This document shows, one piece after another, positions 10,308-18,365 of a stretch of 38,040 nucleotides of DNA. The notes under the pieces are model-generated. The model had not been told where the DNA came from and did not search any database. It worked only from the letters and a program-made list of their open reading frames with translations. Numbering within the stretch: position 1 is the stretch's first letter; each line of letters opens with the position of its first letter. Source of the stretch: a virus (taxonomy: Duplodnaviria; Caudoviricetes); the IMG/VR virus record IMGVR_UViG_3300044507_000063, positions 1 through 38,040 of that record; one strand, 5' to 3'. The translations under genes and the position numbers were made by a program.

Positions 10308-10951
10308 GTCTGTGTCACCACCATGTAATAAGAAGGAGGGACACCCACTGTTAAATTACCTGTAAAACCCACTTGCAGTTGTTTAGCTATTTGATTTTTT
10401 GTGTCCCACACAATATTAGCTATTCCTAAAGGAAACGCCAATACACCAATAGAGCAGAAATTAACGGATAAAATATTTTTTGATATGTAAGGATCTAATT
10501 CAAGAAAATCAACTTTATTCAATGTGTCGATTTCTCCAAAATACACTAATAAATTTCCGGGAAGAAATGTTATGAATGTCGTTTGTGTTCCTCCTCCAGA
10601 AAGTTTTTTATCATCTAAAGGATAAATTTGATAATTAGAATATTTAAATTCGGTTGCATTATTTTGATATCGCATTAAAGTCTGTATAGAGGTGAGATCC
10701 GATCCATTTACATTATAAGTGACAGGTCTAGTATAAACAGCTATCTCATCTAAATTCGTTTGAAAATTCTGTTTTTGTTGTGTCATTTGAACGATTGTAT
10801 GTTCACCTATAGATGTTCCAGAATCCAGAGGAATATGATTTACTGCATATGAATCATAAAGAATACCGAAATTATTCAAAAACGGCACATCAGACGTGTT
10901 AAAACGATCTTTTGGCTGAGGTATGTTTGGATTATAAATTGGTGCACTCAC
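10304..10951 (-). CDS. minor tail protein, paralogue 2 of a triplet
   Basis: YNPNIPQ..D...NF...NH...G.H; FLPGN motif. Confidence 0.65.
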   Translation of the reverse strand: MSAPIYNPNIPQPKDRFNTSDVPFLNNFGILYDSYAVNHIPLDSGTSIGEHTIVQMTQQKQNFQTNLDEIAVYTRPVTYNVNGSDLTSIQTLMRYQNNATEFKYSNYQIYPLDDKKLSGGGTQTTFITFLPGNLLVYFGEIDTLNKVDFLELDPYISKNILSVNFCSIGVLAFPLGIANIVWDTKNQIAKQLQVGFTGNLTVGVPPSYYMVVTQT

Positions 10952-11523
10952 GGTTTACCTATAGCAAAAAAATACATAAATGCAGCTGTTACACCAGTTT
11001 GAAAACGAATTGTAAAAGTATTTCCAGATAAATTTGTTGGAATCATCACTGTTAAAACATTATTTCCACGAGGAGATAAAGCGTTCGTTCCTACGTAAAT
11101 TAATGTTGAAGCTGGTGTGAGAGTAACAACTTGTCCATTTGTTGGATTACTTATAAATCCAGCATAAATCATAAAGGGCCCTGCAACAAAACTAACAACC
11201 GATTGAGGAATACCTCCTGTATTTGGAGCAGTCATTTGTATAGGAGTTCCTGTACTTTGCGGTCTAAAAAAAATCTGAGGAACACTATTGACCAATTTGT
11301 TGTAAAACGCCACTTCATTTGCTGCTGTTACAGGATCTCCAGCCTGTTTAATCATTGTTAAAACTTTATGCATTCCTTCAAATGGTGATGGTGAATTTGC
11401 ATCCGAATTTAAAGACATATGATTAATAGAAAAACCTGCATTTATAGCAGAAAAGTTAGTGAGAATTTGAGATTGAGATTGTGCTCTGGGGTCTGTAGAT
11501 TGAGGTATAGCAGGATTGAACAT
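10948..11523 (-). CDS. minor tail protein, paralogue 1 of a triplet
   Basis: FNPAIPQ..D...NF...NH...G.H; FFAIG C-terminus. Confidence 0.65.
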   Translation of the reverse strand: MFNPAIPQSTDPRAQSQSQILTNFSAINAGFSINHMSLNSDANSPSPFEGMHKVLTMIKQAGDPVTAANEVAFYNKLVNSVPQIFFRPQSTGTPIQMTAPNTGGIPQSVVSFVAGPFMIYAGFISNPTNGQVVTLTPASTLIYVGTNALSPRGNNVLTVMIPTNLSGNTFTIRFQTGVTAAFMYFFAIGKP

Positions 11524-11526
11524 ATT

Positions 11527-12600
11527 TTATCCCGATGTACCGCTGTACTCAGTTCCCCAGAACCAGCTTGCAAGAGGTCTTCCTGGCTGACTAAATATTG
11601 TAGCCGCCCTCTGTGTCCCTAACTGTTTTAAAGTGCGTCTCTGAGCCAACTGTAGCTGTTCTTGCCATATAGGCATTAAATATGCCATTCCTTCTTCATC
11701 AGGAAAATCTGTATAAATTAATTTAGCAGCTCCTGCACAAATAAAAAGGTACCATTCGTCAAGTTCTGGATAACTATTATCAGTCAACAAAGCTAAAGGC
11801 TGCTGGCTAATCTGAAATTCTACATTATATACTTGTCGTGGACATGGTCTAAAAATAATTTGTTGATTATAGAAAATAACATCCGTTGGTCTTGATGATT
11901 GGTAGGGAACTACAGCAGAAAAAATATTAGCACTTGCTGGGATCGTTTGCGTTCCTGAAGGAGTAAAATTAAATACACCCGTCAAATAATTTATGTTTCC
12001 AACAATAATCCCAGTTGATTCTTCTACTAATTTACCAGCATCAGATCCAACTATTGGTTTATCAGTCAAAACATATGTAAACCCAGAAGTTGCATCTCCT
12101 GAATTGTCAAAAGCAGATATGTAAACCATTGCTTCAGTTACATTACCAAAAATATCCATCTGTGCTCTATAAAATGGCGTAGAAGGTATTTTTCCAGTAT
12201 ACGCTGTTGCTAATGATTTTCCACCAGTACCTACTTGCTGATTCACAGAAAGATTTGGCCAACGATTATAAAATGTTGTCTTATCTTGATAAAATCTTAG
12301 AATATATCCCTGACAATATACTGGTGGGCTTATTTGTATATTTCCTGGAGATGCAGTAGAAGTTTGTCCTGTTTCATTTCCAGGATTAGCTTCGTAAATG
12401 AAAGAATATGTATCTACGTTAGGAACTGTTGTGAGAATATATGGTTTTGTTAATTTTATATTTTTGAAATGTTCTGGAAGCATCAACGTCATAAAATTGT
12501 TGATGTAAGTGTCTATTTGTTCATCCGTCATCTGCTGAGTCGTGTAACGTGCAGACATGCGTCTTACAGTTGTTCTTAACTGTGAAAGTGGAATAGCCAT
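11527..12600 (-). CDS. putative head-tail adaptor
   Basis: LSQLRTTVRR...TDEQIDTYIN helical N-terminus and I..RP.P...Y...ICAGAA helical C-terminus, typical of adaptor proteins. Confidence 0.65.
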   Translation of the reverse strand: MAIPLSQLRTTVRRMSARYTTQQMTDEQIDTYINNFMTLMLPEHFKNIKLTKPYILTTVPNVDTYSFIYEANPGNETGQTSTASPGNIQISPPVYCQGYILRFYQDKTTFYNRWPNLSVNQQVGTGGKSLATAYTGKIPSTPFYRAQMDIFGNVTEAMVYISAFDNSGDATSGFTYVLTDKPIVGSDAGKLVEESTGIIVGNINYLTGVFNFTPSGTQTIPASANIFSAVVPYQSSRPTDVIFYNQQIIFRPCPRQVYNVEFQISQQPLALLTDNSYPELDEWYLFICAGAAKLIYTDFPDEEGMAYLMPIWQEQLQLAQRRTLKQLGTQRAATIFSQPGRPLASWFWGTEYSGTSG

Positions 12601-13010
12601 CAAACTTCCCCGTTATTGTATATTACCCCCTCAAAACTATCTTGGTTGCCATAAGGTAAAGGTAAAGGAGGTAGATATTTACCGCTAGAATTAGGAATAA
12701 TGCTTGGCGGCGTATACGCCCCTGGCAATGGCGAAGGGTATGCAAAAGGCGTATAATTACTTGAATCTACGTTAATACTTAAAGTATTATTTGTCACCGA
12801 CAAAACCTGTAGATTTTGACCATTGAGTTGCACCATTCCAAATTGCGTCGGAATCAAAAAAGTGACATTCATCCCTGCTACATATCCATGATCTTTAACA
12901 GTAGTAACTACCATAGGAAAAGACTGGGTAATAGAAGCAATATCCTGCACTCTCAAGTTTTCTTGAACCTGAATCTGTGAATAGCCCGGATAATATATTA
13001 CAGAGGTCAT
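12600..13010 (-). CDS. structural protein with E1-FCCH-like beta module
   Basis: IASITQSFPMVVTT..DHGY..G..V.F...GM..LNG motif, shared with 14159..15301 and the nozzle. Confidence 0.6.
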   Translation of the reverse strand: MTSVIYYPGYSQIQVQENLRVQDIASITQSFPMVVTTVKDHGYVAGMNVTFLIPTQFGMVQLNGQNLQVLSVTNNTLSINVDSSNYTPFAYPSPLPGAYTPPSIIPNSSGKYLPPLPLPYGNQDSFEGVIYNNGEV

Positions 13011-13018
13011 ATTAATTG

Positions 13019-13047
13019 TTGCCTTAAATTCAATGGCCTGTTAATCT
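13019..13047 (+). promoter_or_regulatory. sigma70-type promoter for the nuclease-tRNA unit
   Basis: TTGCCT-17-TAATCT; ATG at 13054 lies 7 nt after the -10 with no RBS (leaderless candidate). Confidence 0.5.
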
Positions 13048-13053
13048 ACCTTC

Positions 13054-13431
13054 ATGAACGACTTCATAAAAGGCAAAGGTTCGGTAGGTATAGCAATATC
13101 CTACTATTCATTAAGAGGGATGGTTAGCATCCCACTAGAACCTTGTGATTACAATCTTATATTTGACGATGGCACAAAACTTCATACAGTAAAAGTAATT
13201 TCTTGTTCCTATAAGACAAAATATGGAGTTTACTCAGCTTCAATAAAAACATCCGGCGGTAATCAGCCTACTACTCAATCAAAAATATTTAATCCGAAAT
13301 CATGTTCTACTGTATTTATTGTTACTGCTGAAATGCATCTTTACGAGATACCTTCTAATGTAATTCAATCCACTAGACAAATTTCTTTATGTAAATATCA
13401 CGAATATAATGTTTCTATTATTCCGAGTTAG
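13054..13431 (+). CDS. group I intron-associated-type PD-(D/E)XK endonuclease, free-standing
   Basis: KG..G..I...G..VSIP....DYNLIFD.G.KL..V.V pattern of the I-Ssp6803I-like family; catalytic motif looks altered. Confidence 0.65.
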   Translation: MNDFIKGKGSVGIAISYYSLRGMVSIPLEPCDYNLIFDDGTKLHTVKVISCSYKTKYGVYSASIKTSGGNQPTTQSKIFNPKSCSTVFIVTAEMHLYEIPSNVIQSTRQISLCKYHEYNVSIIPS

Positions 13432-13493
13432 CTCAGCGGTAGAGCAGTGCGCTGTTAACGCATTGGCCGTAGGTTCGAATCCTACACTCGGAG
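13422..13493 (+). tRNA. tRNA-Asn(GTT)
   Basis: Acceptor TCCGAGT/ACTCGGA, D arm GCTC/GAGC, anticodon stem GTGCG/CGCAT with GTT at 13454-13456, T arm GTAGG-TTCGAAT-CCTAC; CCA not encoded. Confidence 0.95.
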
Positions 13494-13498
13494 TCCTT

Positions 13499-13519
13499 CA
13501 TGTAAAGCGGCTTTACATG
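13499..13519. terminator. hairpin between the convergent tRNA and late operon; contains the 15-bp palindrome
   Basis: CATGTAAAG-CGG-CTTTACATG followed by caatttt. Confidence 0.45.
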
Positions 13520-13526
13520 CAATTTT

Positions 13527-14105
13527 CTAAAAATTTACAGGCGTAAAGGCATATTTCTTATTGCTAGTATCAATATCATGGATTGCACTAGTAGGTGCAT
13601 TTGGATCCATTAATCCTTGTTTCTGCGTGAAATGTGGAGTGTAGTAATGTTCATTAATTTGGTCGGCAAAACCCCTAGGAAGAGTATAAACTTTTCCATC
13701 TTCAAGCGTATACCATTTTACAGGATCATCTTCATATTTTAAGTAAGTCAGTTTTGCTGGCTGGCCTGGTGCACGTCTATTAATAAATTTACCAGTTACC
13801 ATCACATTATCAGATGCTTTCTTTTTCTCAATCATATCAGCAGCAGCTTTTCCTGCTGTCGATCTGCTTTGCTGCTTCTTTACCAATATCATCTCATCAG
13901 CATCAACTTCACGCATAGGCAAAGCTTTTGATTGCTGTTTCTTTTCTTCCAATTCTAATTTTACAGCTTCAAGCTCTGCACGCGTACGATCAATTTCACT
14001 TTCCAAACTTTCCAATGTATTCACTTGATCTTCAGTATCAACAGCCATGACTACCTCTCGTTTTTCTTCCAACTGTATATTTTTTATTTTTTTATGTCTT
14101 CCCAT
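13527..14105 (-). CDS. hypothetical virion-assembly protein, coiled-coil N-terminus
   Basis: ATG at 14105 with GAGGT RBS; Y.L.DG..Y.LP C-terminal domain. Confidence 0.65.
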   Translation of the reverse strand: MGRHKKIKNIQLEEKREVVMAVDTEDQVNTLESLESEIDRTRAELEAVKLELEEKKQQSKALPMREVDADEMILVKKQQSRSTAGKAAADMIEKKKASDNVMVTGKFINRRAPGQPAKLTYLKYEDDPVKWYTLEDGKVYTLPRGFADQINEHYYTPHFTQKQGLMDPNAPTSAIHDIDTSNKKYAFTPVNF

Positions 14106-14158
14106 TTTTACCTCATATAAGGGTGGGAACGACATGTCCCCACCCAATTCACATATTT

Positions 14159-15301
14159 CTATGAGAACGTTTGCGTACTTGTGATTGCACGCCACCACCA
14201 GAGATCAACGGTAGTCCCGATAATGCCCCCTGTAGTAGTTGTATCATCACCAGTTCCCGCACCAATTAGGATACCACGCGAACCAATGTTCTGCTTAGCA
14301 AAACTAAGCACGTTCTGGTTAGCATATGGCAATGGAGCCGGTGTAATCCCGAAGCCTTGGAAATTATTAATATTCCCTTCGCCTTGCGGTACCATCACAG
14401 GGAAAGTGAATGGATAACCAGAAGCAAGCGGCCAGTGTGTCGGGTTGCTTGCTGATCCGGAACTAGTAGCAAATACACCAAAACTTGTGCTATCCACTGC
14501 CAATGTGACAGTCTGAGTACCAACAGCATTATTAGCAGCAATAACAGTCGCCTGGAAAGGAAGACCGCTAATTGAGTTAGTAAGCTGAGGCACACCAAAA
14601 ATGGATGGCATATCAAAGGTTACAACATCACCAACATAATAGTTTTGTTGAACCAATGTAGTGACAACCATTGGATTAGCATTAGTAATTTTGGCAATTA
14701 CTCTATTTTCTGGGTATACACCTATTTCATCTGCTACATAGGCATTGCCTACTTTTTGGACAAAACCGACTGATGTTGTAGCACCAGTGCTGTCTAGCAA
14801 TGTAGTAAATGTCGTACCACCACCACCAACAGCTGTTACAGTCATACGCAGCCCCCCAAATTGAGGTGCGCTTGTAAGACCATAAACACGTACATTATCC
14901 CCTACTTGCAATGTATGTCCGCCTGTCGTCCAAACTGTGGTTGTACCAGGAGAAAACGAAGTAATCGCAACTGCAGGATATGTAATAGGTGTGTAACTAT
15001 TATAAATGGTAAAACCATTCTGAGGCAGGTAACCAATGGCCAAAGCAGCAACGTTCGCTTGTGTTGCTGAATAAGCCGCAATCGTCTCTTCAACAATCGC
15101 TGTCCCTTGTGTCAAAGCATTGTTGTAATACGCTTTAACAATCCTTGGAACTGTTGTAATGCCTGAAACACCTTGCGCTGTCACGTCCATTGCACTCAAA
15201 TTAAACAATTCAAAACTGTTAATCTGCTGTTGCAATGGCAAGAAATAAGGAGTGGAAGCTACGTTCTTAAACGTGCCAGTAGTAACAAATGATAAACTCA
15301 T
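14159..15301 (-). CDS. capsid-associated/decoration protein with two E1-FCCH-like modules
   Basis: Directly follows the capsid gene; AAGGGGG RBS; H.L.VGD.V and ITNANPMVVTT...VGDVV repeats. Confidence 0.65.
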   Translation of the reverse strand: MSLSFVTTGTFKNVASTPYFLPLQQQINSFELFNLSAMDVTAQGVSGITTVPRIVKAYYNNALTQGTAIVEETIAAYSATQANVAALAIGYLPQNGFTIYNSYTPITYPAVAITSFSPGTTTVWTTGGHTLQVGDNVRVYGLTSAPQFGGLRMTVTAVGGGGTTFTTLLDSTGATTSVGFVQKVGNAYVADEIGVYPENRVIAKITNANPMVVTTLVQQNYYVGDVVTFDMPSIFGVPQLTNSISGLPFQATVIAANNAVGTQTVTLAVDSTSFGVFATSSGSASNPTHWPLASGYPFTFPVMVPQGEGNINNFQGFGITPAPLPYANQNVLSFAKQNIGSRGILIGAGTGDDTTTTGGIIGTTVDLWWWRAITSTQTFS

Positions 15302-15311
15302 GACTACCCCC

Positions 15312-15728
15312 TTATAATGCCACTTGGAGAGTGCAACGCAAGTTGACAATCCAAGATGTGTTAGTAATGTTAAACACCTGCGCCATCTTCCAACCAGCTG
15401 TTTGATACAATCTCAAGCGTGGCGATGCAATCTCTGGTGGTGCATAGATAAATTGAGCGGAATAACCGTCCAAATCAACCATGTCATATGATTCTTGACC
15501 AGGCAAGAATACGTTATATACATCTGCACCTTTTTCAGAAGCATTAGGCGTTACCGATCCAACTGAAGACAGAAGGAAACGAACGTTTCTTACTGTACCC
15601 CATTCGGATTGAAGCAGGTTAGACTGATTAGCGTAGTTAGCTACGTTAATAAATCCGACCATTTGGTCTAGATCTGCCGACAGATTCGTGTGGCCAAGGC
15701 CAAAGAATGCTGTACGAACTGGAGCTGT
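15312..15728 (-). CDS. major capsid protein exon 4 (138 aa)
   Basis: TAPVRTAFF...EWGTVRNVRF...DVY...GWK; joins exon 3 to give EGELKFG|TAPV. Confidence 0.9.
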   Translation of the reverse strand, partial: TAPVRTAFFGLGHTNLSADLDQMVGFINVANYANQSNLLQSEWGTVRNVRFLLSSVGSVTPNASEKGADVYNVFLPGQESYDMVDLDGYSAQFIYAPPEIASPRLRLYQTAGWKMAQVFNITNTSWIVNLRCTLQVAL

Positions 15729-16344
15729 CAATTCTGTTACTTTTTATTGACCTATTTGATACAACTATCCATTGCTATCTAAGCAAAGTTGCTCACTCCC
15801 ACCAGACCGGTACTTGTTGTGGGGCAGCTCTTCACTTTTCGCCTGATGAGTCATCTGACGAAACTCCTCGGAGTCGCGAAGCGCTACCAAGAAGAGTAGG
15901 TTGTAGCAGTGGCCGGTCATTTTTCAAATAGGCGGAGGGTCTTGTTATTCCCCTCTCACTGCCTTTATTTATTCGCAGTGTTCGGACTATCGCATCCTTG
16001 ATGCAGTGATGACCATCTTTCTAACCCACAAATTTCACAAGGTGGATTAATTAAAATTCCTTCACTATCATACAAGGCTTCGGGACTTAGTCTCTCAGGC
16101 TGTGAATTAATTAAATCATATTCTTTTATAGATCTACTTTCATACATTGTGGCTAAACTTTTCCATTTTATTGCATATTGGACATTTAATGTTATTCCAA
16201 TATCATTTCCGTGATCTCCGTTTTCACCACTACTTTCGTTCAATAAATATGCTTTTTTCATCACTTGCCCCTTGTTAACCTCCCACTTTACGCAGCGAGG
16301 CACTCCAAGTCAATCACCCAAAGTTTTAATTCGGCACACACTTT
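15729..16344 (-). mobile_element. group I intron 3 (616 nt)
   Basis: P1 AATTCGGT/GCCGAATT with U.G at the splice site; P7 GAGACTA (about 16088-16094) and GATAGTCC (about 15984-15991); terminal G after GTAACAGAATT. Confidence 0.92.
15828..15896 (+). ncRNA. type I hammerhead ribozyme, antisense to intron 3
   Basis: CTGATGA 15843-15849; stem II GTC-atct-GAC; GAAA 15860-15863; stem III ACTC-ctcg-GAGT; GTC cleavage triplet ending at 15875; stem I TTTCGC/GCGAAG extended by CTCTTC/GAAGAG. Confidence 0.88.
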
Positions 16345-16455
16345 ACCGAATTTCAATTCACCTTCGATCAAGTCCATAATGAACTGAGCGTTAGCCGTTC
16401 TCAATAACCGTACCGCTTTCGAGCAATCCAATGGGCTGATGTTTGTTGGGTTGTC
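16345..16455 (-). CDS. major capsid protein exon 3 (37 aa)
   Basis: DNPTNISPLDCSKAVRLLRTANAQFIMDLIEGELKFG; bounded by an omega-G and a P1. Confidence 0.88.
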
Positions 16456-16473
16456 CCACCCATCTATTACTTG

Positions 16474-16502
16474 TTGACTTAAACATTTTCAGTAGGTATA
16501 CT
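16474..16502 (+). promoter_or_regulatory. promoter of the antisense LAGLIDADG gene
   Basis: TTGACT-17-TATACT; ATG at 16509 is 7 nt downstream, with no RBS. Confidence 0.7.
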
Positions 16503-16508
16503 ATGCCT

Positions 16509-17390
16509 ATGAAAAACACATTATCATATTTAGCAGGATATATTGACGGGGATGGTTGTTTCTTCCTTAAAAAGGAGACAAATCCTCTCAAATATCGAGC
16601 GTATATTGTTATTTCCTCTACTAATGAAGAGGTTCTTAAAACCTTTGAACTTTCTTTTGGGGGAAGCATATACGCTTGCACTCCTAGAAAAGAACACTGG
16701 AAAAGATCTTATCATTGGAATTGTAGAGGAAAATTTGCTTTGGAAATAACTAATGCAATGCTTGAATTTCTCACAGAAAAGAAGAGCGATGCTCTTATCT
16801 TCATAGATTATATTAAAACTTCTTGCAAAAACCACAAACAGGAATTGATTCAAAAAATGAAAAATAATAGAGATAAAATTAGAGAAATTAATGAATCTGT
16901 TGTTGAACAGATTAAACAAACAAAAACAATTGGAGTTTCTAACGAATTGGATTATCCTTATCTTGCTGGTTTTATTGACGCTGAATGCTGTCTGGGAGTC
17001 TCTAAATACAAGCCTAAAAACAAACCCAATTTTACATACAAAATCATCCTTCAATGTCAAAACACTAATCCTATCATTTTCTTTTGGCTTATGGAGAGAT
17101 TCGGAGGAAGTATTTCGCATGTCAAACGCAATATTAAAAATCCTAATCATCGAGATCAAATAATCTGGAATATTAGTGCTGCTAAATTGGCTGACATACT
17201 TCCTAAGATCTTGCCTTTTTTGAGATCTAAAAAATCCGTTTGTGAAAAGCTTATTGAACTTCATAACACTAATATTCCAATAGGAATAAGCAGAAAAACA
17301 CAAGAATTCAGAGATTCTTATGCTCTTGTACTTATCCAGAGGGATAAAATTGTTGATGATATTCATAAACTCAATTCCAAAGGTGTATAA
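16509..17390 (+). CDS. double-motif LAGLIDADG homing endonuclease (293 aa)
   Basis: YLAGYIDGDG and YLAGFIDAEC motifs, each followed by FGG.I and W...L.FL..KK. Confidence 0.92.
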   Translation: MKNTLSYLAGYIDGDGCFFLKKETNPLKYRAYIVISSTNEEVLKTFELSFGGSIYACTPRKEHWKRSYHWNCRGKFALEITNAMLEFLTEKKSDALIFIDYIKTSCKNHKQELIQKMKNNRDKIREINESVVEQIKQTKTIGVSNELDYPYLAGFIDAECCLGVSKYKPKNKPNFTYKIILQCQNTNPIIFFWLMERFGGSISHVKRNIKNPNHRDQIIWNISAAKLADILPKILPFLRSKKSVCEKLIELHNTNIPIGISRKTQEFRDSYALVLIQRDKIVDDIHKLNSKGV

Positions 17391-17596
17391 TGTTTAAGCG
17401 GGTAGTCATTTCTGCTACCTCTCCATATTACTATGGAGGCTGGACTATCGCATATGCTATTTACATAGCATCCTCAGGGTTTAGTCTCTCAGGCTGCGCA
17501 TTACCGCTTGCCCCTTATTGTCCTTTGCTGTATACTTTACGCAGCAAGTGGGAGTTTTAAGTCAATTACCCAAGGTTTTAAAACGGCAACAATTCT

Positions 17597-17923
17597 ACCG
17601 TTTGTACCACTTGTACAATTAATTGGTGGGGCACCTCCTTCCATCATTGACCTGGCTAGCTGATCCTCAGTCTCTCTTAATGACTGACCCAAAACGGATA
17701 CAGCCGAATTTAAAACCGGGTCTTCGTTAATCAACATTACCTGTTCCTGAAGTATGATATAGGTGCCATACCAATCGATCCTGGCGTCTATGTCAAGTGC
17801 GGTAAGTTGCTGCGCTGGAGGATCTACGATACCGTTACCTAATGGTACAGGTGCAGTTTGCAAGTTTTGATATCTACGACGACGTAGAATATCGCCAGCT
17901 TGCTGATCCATCGTAATGGGATA
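17597..17923 (-). CDS. major capsid protein exon 2 (109 aa)
   Basis: YPITMDQQAGDILRRRRYQNL...YGTYIIL.EQV...EDPVLN...CTSGTNG, an N4-gp56-like capsid pattern. Confidence 0.9.
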
Positions 17924-18086
17924 CATTCTGTTACTTTATGACCTAATGTTACATCGCATTACATTGCTCACATATAGGCGACCACCTCATTTCTGGGTGG
18001 TTCCCTGATTTTATTTATTGTCAGGGGTCGGACTATCACATATCATATTGTTATTATCATCAATATGATCCTCTGGGTTTAGTCTC

Positions 18087-18245
18087 TTACGGTGTGTTTT
18101 TGGTTTTTATTAAATCAATAAACATTTCATAAAGTTTATCTGTTCTTGCAGTTTGCTGTCTCATGTCTGCTATAATATCCCTATGTATGAAATATGCAGA
18201 TCCTAAAACAGTAAATATGATCGATAAAGTTTGTATCCATTCCAT
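18087..18245 (-). CDS. intron-encoded small membrane protein (52 aa)
   Basis: MEWIQTLSIIFTVLGSAYFIHRDIIADMRQQTARTDKLYEMFIDLIKTKNTP; GGAGG RBS; stop codon abuts P7. Confidence 0.85.
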   Translation of the reverse strand: MEWIQTLSIIFTVLGSAYFIHRDIIADMRQQTARTDKLYEMFIDLIKTKNTP

Positions 18246-18267
18246 AAATCCTCCATTTTTTCGGAAG

Positions 18268-18296
18268 ATTATATCATGTTTATCGTTTATTTTCAA
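18268..18296 (-). promoter_or_regulatory. intron-internal sigma70-type promoter
   Basis: TTGAAA-17-TATAAT with extended -10 TG. Confidence 0.8.
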
Positions 18297-18365
18297 ACAC
18301 TTCCGCCATGTCACCCTGTCGGGCTTCCATGTCAATTACCAAAGGTTTTAAATGGGCTATCGTTA

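Larger units (their letters stand above)
16456..17596 (-). mobile_element. group I intron 2 (1141 nt) with antisense homing endonuclease
   Basis: P1 AAACGGT/GCCGTTT; GAGAGACTA and GATAGTCC core; terminal G at 16456. Confidence 0.92.
17924..18365 (-). mobile_element. group I intron 1 (442 nt) with membrane-protein cargo
   Basis: P1 ATGGGT/GCCCAT; AGAGACTA and GATAGTCC core; ends GTAACAGAATG. Confidence 0.92.

Noticed and set aside
13422-13493. tRNA as attP, or a tRNA-associated HDV-like (theta) ribozyme
   Set aside because: No integrase found; the downstream sequence is only a simple hairpin
15965-16303. 112-aa ORF in intron 3
   Set aside because: Runs through the catalytic core (P7) and has no recognisable motif; at most a degenerate loop insertion
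16443-16508. TTG start for the LAGLIDADG gene
   Set aside because: Lies upstream of the promoter and overlaps exon 3; the first motif begins right after ATG 16509
17537-17926. Stand-alone 129-aa ORF (likewise 15312..15731)
   Set aside because: These are capsid exons 2 and 4; their apparent ATG/TTG starts use the intron terminal G
18246-18335. N-terminal extension of the intron-1 ORF shown in the ORF track
   Set aside because: Covers intron core sequence and the promoter; the RBS supports ATG 18245
15729-18365. IStron, group II intron or intein explanations for the capsid interruptions
   Set aside because: No transposase, TnpB or reverse transcriptase; inserts contain stops and show group I P1/P7/omega-G hallmarks
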